Source of the DNA: Promethearchaeota archaeon
GTDB lineage: Archaea; Asgardarchaeota; Lokiarchaeia; Sigyniarchaeales; SOKP01
Reading direction: 5' to 3'
Length of the DNA stretch: 64,000 bases
NCBI GenBank assembly: GCA_048938895.1
Contig: JBHLLU010000013.1
Span: 1-64,000, forward strand
Shown here: positions 40,911 to 49,694 of the stretch, piece by piece
Layout: each line of letters starts with the position of its first letter
How positions within the stretch are numbered: the stretch's first letter is position 1
The notes under the pieces: generated by a model
Told to the model about the DNA's origin: nothing
Database searches by the model: none
The model's input: only the letters and a program-made list of their open reading frames with translations
Translations under genes and position numbers: made by a program

Positions 40911-40955
40911 ATTTGAATGAGATCTTTCAATAAATACTAGTGAAAGATTGACAAT
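40911..40955 (+). ncRNA. SECIS-like kink-turn hairpin in the 3' UTR
   Basis: UUG/CAA lower stem, AAU bulge, AUGA (40917-20) and GA (40950-51) tandem G.A pairs, 9-bp stem GAUCUUUCA/UGAAAGAUU, A-rich apical loop AUAAAUACUAG. Confidence 0.65.
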
Positions 40956-41026
40956 AGGATTGCTTCCTAATATTAACTTCTAAATTCTACAAATTATCTA
41001 AATAAGTTCGCTAAATATATGTCATT

Positions 41027-43498
41027 TTAACCAGTAAACTGCGTCTGTACTTGTTCATATAAGTTCTTCTTATAAATAATTTTCACTCCAGACCTAGCTA
41101 CAATAAAGATTACTGCAACGGGGATCAGAATCGTACCGAGAAAAGTAAGCATTGTAAACTGCGGAAAGATCGCAAATTCACCTCGATATGCCCTTATCAT
41201 AAAGTTGGTTATTAGTGGTATTGATAAAAGTGCAATTATGACAGCAATTACGGTCCAGATAAGATTTTCCAGGAATATCTGGCCAAATATTTTCTTTTCC
41301 TTGAATCCAAGACTTCTAAGTACTCCATATTCATTTTCATGCTCTGTTATCTTCATTAGTGTAGAATTAACTAATATAAAGAATTCAACTAATGCTGCAA
41401 ATCCTACAACAACACCAATAAAGGGGATTAATAGATCTCCATATACTTTTATTTGATTTATTAAGTTTGCCATTGGTTGAACTACTGAAATCTCATTAGA
41501 TACATTATAAATATCATTAATAAGTTTTGATTTGTCTATCAGTGTATTGGAATAGGTTAAGAAAATGAAGTTTATTTTACCGAATTGATTGGAAAATGAC
41601 TGAGCAGAATGTAATAATATATAACATGTTGTCATAATCTCTTTGGTAATCCCAACAATTTTATATTGTTTCATATTTCCTGATGGGTTATATATTGAAA
41701 TGTTATCTCTAACATTTAACTTCAATTTACGTGCAATATGATCTGAAATTACTATCTCGTTATCATTTTGATATAATCGACTAGATTTTCCATTTCGATT
41801 GATAAGGTTGAATTGGTGTAAAGATTGATTTTGTTTAAGACCTAATAAAATTCCCGTTTGATTTTTTACCTCAATTTGTGGGTTCTCAAATAGAAGCGTA
41901 AGTTTAAGCGATGACTCAGCATTAGCAATCTCAGGTAAAGAATTAATATCTTGCATCTCAATACCGGAATCGTTTACACTGATTGAAAATGATACATTTA
42001 CATCCCATTTCTCCGTTATTCTAATAGCCTTATTTGTAGTATATTGTACACTGTCCCACATAACGAACATTGAGCTGACTATCAAAATGGAGAATGTTAT
42101 TCCGATCATCATCAAAGATGTGTTACGAGGATTTCTGATGAAATTCCTCCAGAATAATTTATTGGATGGAGACATACCAATCTTTTTTGTTTTTTTCGAT
42201 GTCCTAATCAATTTATATCTTTTTAATCGTTCAGAACGCTGATGTTTATATATTAAGTCAATAATTTTTTTCTTCATCATGTTATAAATTGGTGGAATCA
42301 TTGATAAAAATCCAATTCCAAAACTTAGTAGGAAAGCCTCAACAATTAGTAAATATGAAAATGGGAATAAAATGTTTATCCCTAAAATCCCTGTGCCCAT
42401 CTCTAAAGCCATTTCCTCTACAAATGTATATGCAAATAAAGTACTGATAATGGTTGATATTAGCGTAATCTCAAGTAATAATACTAAATAAGATTTTGAA
42501 ATTTTTCTCTTAGAAAAACCTAGACAACCAAGAATTCCAATTTGTTTTTGTTGGGAGGATATAAACTGTTTATAAATTGACATATTAGATGTAAGGGCCA
42601 TTACAAGTGCAAGAATTAAAATAATGTAAAAGACTTCTGTACTCCCTTCAAGATCACTCATTAAATAATGCCAGGTATAACTATCTTTAAAGGGAGTGCT
42701 CGAAATGATTTGAATACCAAGATTATTAAATTTATCCTGTATTAGCCCATTTAAATCAGCTTGATTTGCATTATCATCGAAAATAACTTGTAACTGGTTA
42801 AATTGATATGAACTATATGGGAAAAACAATTGTGGATTTGATAATATAACCGTTTGGATTAAATCATTCACATCCACAAACCCAATACCCATCGACCCTT
42901 TTATAGGAAATAATACCTCCGGTGCAGTATTAGTCATAGTAAATTCTATACTCCAAAAATCTCCTTTAATCGTGAAATTTGCATTTCCTAAAGATTCAAT
43001 CGAAATATTCTCGGAAATGTATAAATCTCGAGCTTTATAAAATTCTTTTGATAATAATATCTTATGATAATCACCTGGTTGCAGATTAGTCCCAGATTTT
43101 AAATCATATTTATATATTGGTAAATTATTCGTTTCCGAAAATGACGACGTCACATTAATTCCGATTAATTGAATTTGATATGTTTGTGGGTCATCCTTTA
43201 CTTTAATTGGAAATTGAAAAATAAGCCGGGGAACAGTATCTTTTACACCCAGTATTGAATTAATTTCAGATACAGCAGTCGAATTAAATCCAGAAGTAAC
43301 ATATTCATAATCTGCCCGATTTGCATCTTTATAAAGATCTTTAAACAGCGGTTTAATAGAAGTAAAGATTTGAAAAATTCCAACAGCAAAACCAATACAT
43401 AGAGATAATATTACAATTAAAATTATTCTTCGTTTACCTAATCTTTTTAAATCTTTCCAAGGTTTTTTATTTAATAATTTCGTTTCAATCCTCTCTAT
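41027..43498 (-). CDS. MacB/FtsX-type ABC permease with duplicated architecture; N-terminus extends well beyond the track start at 43153
   Basis: KQIGILGCLGF and EYGVLRSLGF FtsX motifs; upstream in-frame LLNKKPWKDLKRLGKRRIILIVILSLCIGFAVG first TM helix; only ATA/ATT-type starts available. Confidence 0.8.
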   Translation of the reverse strand: MERIETKLLNKKPWKDLKRLGKRRIILIVILSLCIGFAVGIFQIFTSIKPLFKDLYKDANRADYEYVTSGFNSTAVSEINSILGVKDTVPRLIFQFPIKVKDDPQTYQIQLIGINVTSSFSETNNLPIYKYDLKSGTNLQPGDYHKILLSKEFYKARDLYISENISIESLGNANFTIKGDFWSIEFTMTNTAPEVLFPIKGSMGIGFVDVNDLIQTVILSNPQLFFPYSSYQFNQLQVIFDDNANQADLNGLIQDKFNNLGIQIISSTPFKDSYTWHYLMSDLEGSTEVFYIILILALVMALTSNMSIYKQFISSQQKQIGILGCLGFSKRKISKSYLVLLLEITLISTIISTLFAYTFVEEMALEMGTGILGINILFPFSYLLIVEAFLLSFGIGFLSMIPPIYNMMKKKIIDLIYKHQRSERLKRYKLIRTSKKTKKIGMSPSNKLFWRNFIRNPRNTSLMMIGITFSILIVSSMFVMWDSVQYTTNKAIRITEKWDVNVSFSISVNDSGIEMQDINSLPEIANAESSLKLTLLFENPQIEVKNQTGILLGLKQNQSLHQFNLINRNGKSSRLYQNDNEIVISDHIARKLKLNVRDNISIYNPSGNMKQYKIVGITKEIMTTCYILLHSAQSFSNQFGKINFIFLTYSNTLIDKSKLINDIYNVSNEISVVQPMANLINQIKVYGDLLIPFIGVVVGFAALVEFFILVNSTLMKITEHENEYGVLRSLGFKEKKIFGQIFLENLIWTVIAVIIALLSIPLITNFMIRAYRGEFAIFPQFTMLTFLGTILIPVAVIFIVARSGVKIIYKKNLYEQVQTQFTG

Positions 43499-43513
43499 AT
43501 TTTCGATCCTCTT

Positions 43514-44221
43514 TTACGAATCAGTTATGATTTTTCCATTCCGTATGTGAATTTCCCTTGATTGCAGCTTTTCTGTGATTAAAGGATTATGAGTGACAAC
43601 TATAAAAGTCGCATTGTAATCAGTAGCTATTTCCTTTACTAATTCAAGAATTTGATCACCTGTCTCCTCATCGATATTTCCAGTAGGTTCGTCCATTAGG
43701 ATGAGGAGGCTACCTTCTGCAAATTCTTCCTTCACTAAAGCTCGGGCTATGGTAACTCTTTGCTGTTGACCTCCACTAAGTTCAGAAGGGAGATGATCCA
43801 ATCTATCACCTAATCCAACGGCTTCGAGATATTTTAAAGCAATATTACGAATCTCTTCTTTTTTTCCGAAAGTTTCTATTGCGATTTCTACATTTTCTAA
43901 TGCAGTCAATGAAGGTAATAAATTAAAGAATTGGAAGACAAACCCTACTTTTTTTTTTCTATATTCTGCTAATTGGTCAGGTGATAATTTGCTTATGAGT
44001 TCATTAAAAACAATTATATCCCCAGATGTAGGTGAATCAATACCACCTAATAAATTTAACAGGGTTGTTTTACCTGCCCCTGATGGGCCGAGTAGTGTTA
44101 TTAATTCACCCGATTTTATTTCTAAATTTACATTATCAAGTGCAACAACCTCATTTTCACCCATAGAATAAATTTTGCTCACATTATTCAAGATAAGGGT
44201 TTGTCCAGTCATATTAATCAA
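43514..44221 (-). CDS. LolD/MacB-type ABC ATPase
   Basis: GPSGAGKT, GFVFQFFNL, LSGGQQQR, MDEPTG and VTH motifs. Confidence 0.93.
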   Translation of the reverse strand: MINMTGQTLILNNVSKIYSMGENEVVALDNVNLEIKSGELITLLGPSGAGKTTLLNLLGGIDSPTSGDIIVFNELISKLSPDQLAEYRKKKVGFVFQFFNLLPSLTALENVEIAIETFGKKEEIRNIALKYLEAVGLGDRLDHLPSELSGGQQQRVTIARALVKEEFAEGSLLILMDEPTGNIDEETGDQILELVKEIATDYNATFIVVTHNPLITEKLQSREIHIRNGKIITDS

Positions 44222-44489
44222 TTAAGTTTAATTGTATTTATTATGTGATTTAATTTTATAATATATATTTTCATCCCCTAATATCTATAAGGCATGCTTT
44301 AATTTCATGATTAAAAATGTTTAATAACTTTTTCGTAAGACATCGAAAATTTCTATCAATTCTGCGGAAATTCTGCAAGAAGTCAAATGGCAGAAAAGAA
44401 ATATTTCTGTAAGTGATTAAATTTCATATCACTCAGAATTTACTTTGTTAATAATTATATTTTTAACGTAACAAAACAACAAAAATCTC

Positions 44490-45080
44490 ATGTTTGATGA
44501 AGAGGTTATGAATAAAATCAAAAGATTTGCTTTCGATAACTCTGCGAAAGATGACATTCATGGATTTGCTCATATTGAACGATTATATGATATGGCACTT
44601 GAAATAGGAGCTAAATTAAATGCGAACATGGATTTATTAAAAATCTCCGTACTTCTTCATGATATTGGTAGAATTGATGAGAAAGATGATAATTTAAAGA
44701 GAAATCATGCAGATATATCTGCTGAAAAAGCATATAATTTTCTCATTTCTCAGAAATTTAAGGTCTCTGAAGTAGATCTGAAGGAGATAATTCACTGTAT
44801 AAAAGCTCACTCATTTTCAAACAATATAATTCCACAAACGCTTGAAGCAAAAATATTATCCGACCTTGATAAATTAGACGCGCTTGGAGCAATAGGCTTA
44901 TACAGAACGATTGGTTTTACAATCAAAAAAAATGGTGGTCTCGATCAAGTTATTGAACACCTAGAAAATAAAATTCTAAAATTAAAAGAAAACATGCAAT
45001 TAGATATTATCAAAAAGATTGCTGAAGAACGTGAATTAATTATATATGACTTTTACAAAAAAATAATAAAACAAAGGTAA
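44490..45080 (+). CDS. HD-domain phosphohydrolase
   Basis: HGFAH, LLHDIG, AHS and DLDKLDALGAIG motifs. Confidence 0.88.
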   Translation: MFDEEVMNKIKRFAFDNSAKDDIHGFAHIERLYDMALEIGAKLNANMDLLKISVLLHDIGRIDEKDDNLKRNHADISAEKAYNFLISQKFKVSEVDLKEIIHCIKAHSFSNNIIPQTLEAKILSDLDKLDALGAIGLYRTIGFTIKKNGGLDQVIEHLENKILKLKENMQLDIIKKIAEERELIIYDFYKKIIKQR

Positions 45081-45157
45081 GCGTAAGTCGGTCATCACAA
45101 TTTAAAGAAAAAACAAGTAAAAAAAAATAAATGGTATATTTTGTTTGACTTTTATCA

Positions 45158-45964
45158 TTATCCCCTAAATCTCTTTTCTAATGTTTTCTGATGTAATGCA
45201 AAAGCTATAAAGAGAAAACATAAACCAAATCCTAACAAAACTCCAAAATCCACTAACAACCCAAGCGAACCAAAAGCACTAATTTCTCCTAATGATACAT
45301 TTAAAATATCAGCACAATATGTAAGTGGGGATATAAAGGCAGTAGCAAGCGAGCGAATAGGCATAAAGAGTGGACTGATAAATAGTAGTGGAAATTTAAT
45401 AAGGATTTGTAAAATCATGGTATTTCCAGGGGTACTTGCAGGTGGAGCCGAAATAATCAGACTAAAACTAGAAAACACCAAAGCAGCAACAACCATAGCG
45501 GTAATAACAAGAAAATAGTTAATATCCAAGTTTCCCCCTTGAAAAACTATTCCCAAAATAAAGGGAATTGATGAGAATAGTACACCGTATATGAACGAAC
45601 TCCAAATACTACCAATCATTATTGTTTTAATTGAAATCGGACAAGTTATCAAGCGTTCAAGAGTACCACGCATCGTCTCCCAAGGAAAAATTATTGGTCC
45701 TAACGAAGTTGCAGTTAAGAAAAGAACCATTGTCATTATTCCAGATATAATATATACTGGTTCTATGTTTCTTCCGACTGTAAAAGCAAAGAATAGGATT
45801 ATTGGAAAAAATATTCCTTGAATTAACACAGGGGGTTTATTATAATATATTTTTAAATCTTTTTTGGTTATTGTAAAAGATCTTTTTATTTGAACAATAA
45901 AATTCTGGAATCTAGAGTTTTTATCTAGCATAAATTTATTATTAATCTTCTTCACCTCTTTCAA
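45158..45964 (-). CDS. ABC-2 type exporter permease
   Basis: Six TM segments; ETMRGTLERLITCP and SPLTY motifs. Confidence 0.85.
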   Translation of the reverse strand: MKEVKKINNKFMLDKNSRFQNFIVQIKRSFTITKKDLKIYYNKPPVLIQGIFFPIILFFAFTVGRNIEPVYIISGIMTMVLFLTATSLGPIIFPWETMRGTLERLITCPISIKTIMIGSIWSSFIYGVLFSSIPFILGIVFQGGNLDINYFLVITAMVVAALVFSSFSLIISAPPASTPGNTMILQILIKFPLLFISPLFMPIRSLATAFISPLTYCADILNVSLGEISAFGSLGLLVDFGVLLGFGLCFLFIAFALHQKTLEKRFRG

Positions 45965-46931
45965 TAATTCTTAAAAAAGCATCTTCTAACTTTGGTTGAT
46001 GGGTGTTTAATTGTTTTATGATTATATTGTTCTGTTTAATGAAATCCACAATCTCACATACACCCTCATGAATGTCTTCTACAATTATATGAAGACCCCC
46101 TCTTACTTTTTGAACTTCTCTAACAGAAGCCAAGTTTTCAATTTTAGCCATATCTGCTCCATTATCAAAATAGAAGTCTATTGCCCTATAATCTTGCGTT
46201 AGTCTCTTTAAATTTTCGGGAGTATCAAGACTTATAATTTTACCATGATTAATGATTGCAATTCTATGGCAAAGTTCATTCGCAACTTCCATATCATGAG
46301 TAGTAAGAAAAACGGTTACTCCTTTTTCATTATATTCTCTAATTAATTGTTTAATTATACGAGCGGATTGTACATCTAATCCACTTGTAGGTTCATCAAG
46401 AAATAAAATCTCTGGATCACTCATTAGGGCCATACACAATAATAATCTTTGCTTCATTCCCTTCGAATACTTCATTGATTTCAAATTTCGCTTATCATAT
46501 AGTTCAAATTTCTTAAGTAGATCTTCTGCTCGTTCTAAACGGATTTTCTTAGGCACACCATAAATTTCCCCAATAAATAGCAGATTTTGCTGACCAGATA
46601 AATCAAAATATACATTAGCTTCCTCTGGTACATTTCCTGTAATTTGTTTTACTAGATTCTGGTTTTTCCATACATCATATCCATAAATTGACGCATTTCC
46701 TTTAGTAGGCTTTAGAACTCCTGTCAACATTCGGATTGTAGTGGTTTTTCCAGCTCCATTAGGCCCTAAAAATCCAAAAATTTCTCCCTTTTTTACAGCA
46801 AAACTAATTTCATCAACTGCTCGGATAACACCCATTTTTTGTTGAGGCCCATTCGTTCCCATTTTCCCCACTTTCCCTTTTTTTGGGGCTTCAAAATGTT
46901 TCCCTAGATTTTTTACGGTGATAGCACTCAT
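45942..46931 (-). CDS. ABC-2 (DrrA-like) exporter ATPase
   Basis: GPNGAGKTT, YSKGMKQR, LDEPTSGLD, TTH and LEDAFL motifs. Confidence 0.92.
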   Translation of the reverse strand: MSAITVKNLGKHFEAPKKGKVGKMGTNGPQQKMGVIRAVDEISFAVKKGEIFGFLGPNGAGKTTTIRMLTGVLKPTKGNASIYGYDVWKNQNLVKQITGNVPEEANVYFDLSGQQNLLFIGEIYGVPKKIRLERAEDLLKKFELYDKRNLKSMKYSKGMKQRLLLCMALMSDPEILFLDEPTSGLDVQSARIIKQLIREYNEKGVTVFLTTHDMEVANELCHRIAIINHGKIISLDTPENLKRLTQDYRAIDFYFDNGADMAKIENLASVREVQKVRGGLHIIVEDIHEGVCEIVDFIKQNNIIIKQLNTHQPKLEDAFLRIIERGEED

Positions 46932-47086
46932 AATAACACCTTTTTCTTATCGATGTGTTTTAAAAGCTCGTTGATTGATTGATCTCCGTGACATTTAATA
47001 ATTTGATTTAAAGTACACCCCTCAGGATGCTTTTCTTTTATTTCAGGCATGTTGCAGGTACATTCTTCTGTTTCTTTTATTTTCAT
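46928..47086 (-). CDS. Small Cys/His-rich protein, 52 aa (MKIKETEECTCNMPEIKEKHPEGCTLNQIIKCHGDQSINELLKHIDKKKVLL)
   Basis: GAGGT SD 9 nt upstream of the ATG; its TGA overlaps the ATPase ATG (ATGA); absent from the ORF track. Confidence 0.75.
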   Translation of the reverse strand: MKIKETEECTCNMPEIKEKHPEGCTLNQIIKCHGDQSINELLKHIDKKKVLL

Positions 47087-47113
47087 TAGATATTAACCTC
47101 AAATTTTTTATAC

Positions 47114-47135
47114 ATCATTTAATTAGTTAAATGAT
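47114..47135. promoter_or_regulatory. Candidate operator ATCATTTAA-TTAG-TTAAATGAT
   Basis: Perfect 9-bp arms between the divergent ABC operon and an ArsR-like gene. Confidence 0.6.
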
Positions 47136-47205
47136 AGATCAAAATAATCAAACTATATTTTTAAATATTTCGATACTTTATTAATATTATAGGAGAATTA
47201 GTATT

Positions 47206-47550
47206 ATGAAGGAAATAAGTTTAGATGATATTGGGGATTATGTTAAGGCTTTACATTGTGGAATCAGATGGGAAATAATTGATTATCTTAAAAATGGATC
47301 GAAAAGCTCCGAAGAGATTTTCCAATATCTAACAGAATTAAGAGAAAAAGTCCAATCACATATGGCAGAATGCAAAGGAAATTGTCATAAAGAATTTAAA
47401 AATGAAATTAAAAAACAAAATGTTTATTATCATCTAAGAGAACTAGAAAAAGTCGGTATTATAGTATTAGATGAATATAAACCAAGCGAAAGGGCTCCTG
47501 AGAAGGTTTGGAAGTTAAATTATGATAAACTTATTATAAATTTTAAATAG
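47206..47550 (+). CDS. ArsR-like winged-helix regulator with a Cys/His insertion
   Basis: KALHCGIRWEII...HMAECKGNCHK...VYYHLRELEKVGII. Confidence 0.8.
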   Translation: MKEISLDDIGDYVKALHCGIRWEIIDYLKNGSKSSEEIFQYLTELREKVQSHMAECKGNCHKEFKNEIKKQNVYYHLRELEKVGIIVLDEYKPSERAPEKVWKLNYDKLIINFK

Positions 47551-47620
47551 ACAAAACTCAATTTAGAGTTTAGATTTTAGGCTGTTTGGAAAACAGACAA
47601 ATGCTCACATAAAAAAGCTT

Positions 47621-48178
47621 TTAATCATACTCAAGAGAAAAAGTTTCTTCAATCCATTTTTCGATATCATCTTTGGACTTAGATATTGGTTGTGCTCCTT
47701 TGGATGGATCTCTATACCTTTCTTTTTCAATTTCTTTAGAGATGTCTTTGAATAAATTAATATCCCCATTTTTAACGTGAATTTCAACTACAGTCTTAAA
47801 AGCAATTGGCCTTTGAAAACCCATATGGACATACATTGAATCTATAAAATCTTTTGCAAGAAGCAATTTTCCAGTGAAGAAAGGTTTTAGGTTTAAGTTC
47901 TTATATTTATATTTGAATAAATCACCTTCTTTCATAGGTTCAATGTCATTGATTTTTGGGGGATCATCAACATTTACACGCATCTCATCGAGGACTAGTT
48001 GATCCTCTGAAATAATATATTTCATAACATAACCTCTCCAACAAGCAGTACAATTAAAATAAGGGGTAATACCGAAGTCTTCTGGTGAGAATAAACCTTC
48101 ACCTTTTAATCCAATTAGAGAGAAAATTTCATTATTTAATTTAAATTCATCTGGCATTTGGGCTGTTATTATTATCAC
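47621..48178 (-). CDS. Conserved-looking hypothetical protein with CTACWRGY motif
   Basis: TAQMPD N-terminus, CTACWRGY, FTGKLLLAKDFI...YVHMGFQ. Confidence 0.7.
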   Translation of the reverse strand: MIIITAQMPDEFKLNNEIFSLIGLKGEGLFSPEDFGITPYFNCTACWRGYVMKYIISEDQLVLDEMRVNVDDPPKINDIEPMKEGDLFKYKYKNLNLKPFFTGKLLLAKDFIDSMYVHMGFQRPIAFKTVVEIHVKNGDINLFKDISKEIEKERYRDPSKGAQPISKSKDDIEKWIEETFSLEYD

Positions 48179-48179
48179 C

Positions 48180-49433
48180 TTAAATTTTTAAAATTATACT
48201 CAATAATATCGGGAACTTTTCTTCTGAACCCCACACAACGTATATTTTATCATTAATTGGAACCGCAACATGTCGGGCAGCTACGATCCAATCTGTCCCA
48301 ATATTATTCGCTGTTGCCGTACCCTCCTTAAATTTAAAATACATAACCATTCCTAGATAATTTTGAACTTTTGTATCTTCTATTCTAATAGCTTCTAGAT
48401 CTGGGATTGTATACTCATTTATATCAAGATCAGGTTGTATTGCTTCTCTTATTTTTTCAGAAGATAACTGTAATGCAGCACGAATAATGACTTCTTCTTT
48501 TACTTCTCTATCATATTCAAAAAGTATAAGACCACAGTCTTTTTCAACTCCAGTGATACCTAAAGTATTGAAATCGAAAGCCTTCTGACTATATATTTTT
48601 AAGTCCTTATTAATCTTTGAGATTTTAATCCATCCATTTTCGAGATCTTCACCCATAACATATCGAAAACTCTTTAAAATTCTTAATTCCTCTTCTTTTG
48701 AACTAATAACCTCATCCATAATATTATTTAAAGGTTGTGCTACGAAGATTTGAGCACCTTTAGGGGCATCTAAAACCATATCAACCCAATTTTTCTTTAC
48801 AAGACGATCCATTATTCTATATATTGTTGTCCTTTTTATATCTAATTCTTTATTCAAATTTCCAACTCTATCCCCTTTCTCTCCCTTTTTTAGTAACCCT
48901 AAATAGACTTGTGCTTCATCAAAACTCAAACCAACTTTCAACAAACCTAGTTGTTGTAGTATCTCAGTATCATTAAGAATGATTCTAGGTGATGCCCATT
49001 TCAAATCTTCAACTTTCCCTAATTCTTTATCTAAATCCATATAAGGCTTTTTAGAACTTAATTTACTCAGAATTTTAGATGCTTCTGTAAACCCTGATAG
49101 TAAATTTCCATCAGAAGCAATTTTACACACAATTTTCCTTTCATCATCTTTAAACCCTACTATCCCTCCTACATATCGAGATCCTTTTAAAGTAATTGCT
49201 ATAAATTTTTCAGTAGTATTTTGAATAATCACACATTTTAAACCAGATACTGTAATATTTTCTGATTCTCCTGAATCCCAGATGAAATTAATCTGATCAA
49301 TATCTTGACTAATGTCCCAATTTGTACTATATATAATATTTTTTTCGCCTTCTATAATGGCTACTGAAATAATTTTAGATTCTGATTCAGTTAAATTCTC
49401 AATATCAGGTAAAATTTTTTCCATAAGAATCAA
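48180..49433 (-). CDS. Profilin-like domain fused to a TrmB-type winged-helix regulator domain
   Basis: N-terminal SVAIIEG..NIIYSTNWDISQD...ITVSGLKCVIIQNTTEKFIA resembles Loki profilins; LKVGLSFDEAQVYLGLL...IKRTTIYRIMDRLVKKNWV is a TrmB N-terminal HTH. Confidence 0.75.
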   Translation of the reverse strand: MILMEKILPDIENLTESESKIISVAIIEGEKNIIYSTNWDISQDIDQINFIWDSGESENITVSGLKCVIIQNTTEKFIAITLKGSRYVGGIVGFKDDERKIVCKIASDGNLLSGFTEASKILSKLSSKKPYMDLDKELGKVEDLKWASPRIILNDTEILQQLGLLKVGLSFDEAQVYLGLLKKGEKGDRVGNLNKELDIKRTTIYRIMDRLVKKNWVDMVLDAPKGAQIFVAQPLNNIMDEVISSKEEELRILKSFRYVMGEDLENGWIKISKINKDLKIYSQKAFDFNTLGITGVEKDCGLILFEYDREVKEEVIIRAALQLSSEKIREAIQPDLDINEYTIPDLEAIRIEDTKVQNYLGMVMYFKFKEGTATANNIGTDWIVAARHVAVPINDKIYVVWGSEEKFPILLSIILKI

Positions 49434-49463
49434 ACAACCAATAGTTAATAAAAATAAAAATTA

Positions 49464-49676
49464 TTATTTTTCATTTTCCCTAAATTTCTTTTTTAATTCC
49501 TCTAATACTTTATTGAAATAGCTTGAATTTTTTGTTTCCTGAATGTTTGTGAAGTAAGTCGGCATAATTACTTTTTCTGATTCTTTTTTTATTGCTTCAT
49601 CTGCCCAAAAAATATCCTCATCGAGAAAAATACATGGTATTCCATCAATCATAGTTATTTTGATCATTTTAATCAT
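49464..49676 (-). CDS. Small hypothetical protein directly downstream of actin
   Basis: 70-aa ORF with short gaps to both neighbours. Confidence 0.55.
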   Translation of the reverse strand: MIKMIKITMIDGIPCIFLDEDIFWADEAIKKESEKVIMPTYFTNIQETKNSSYFNKVLEELKKKFRENEK

Positions 49677-49694
49677 TTTTTTTGTAATAATTAT

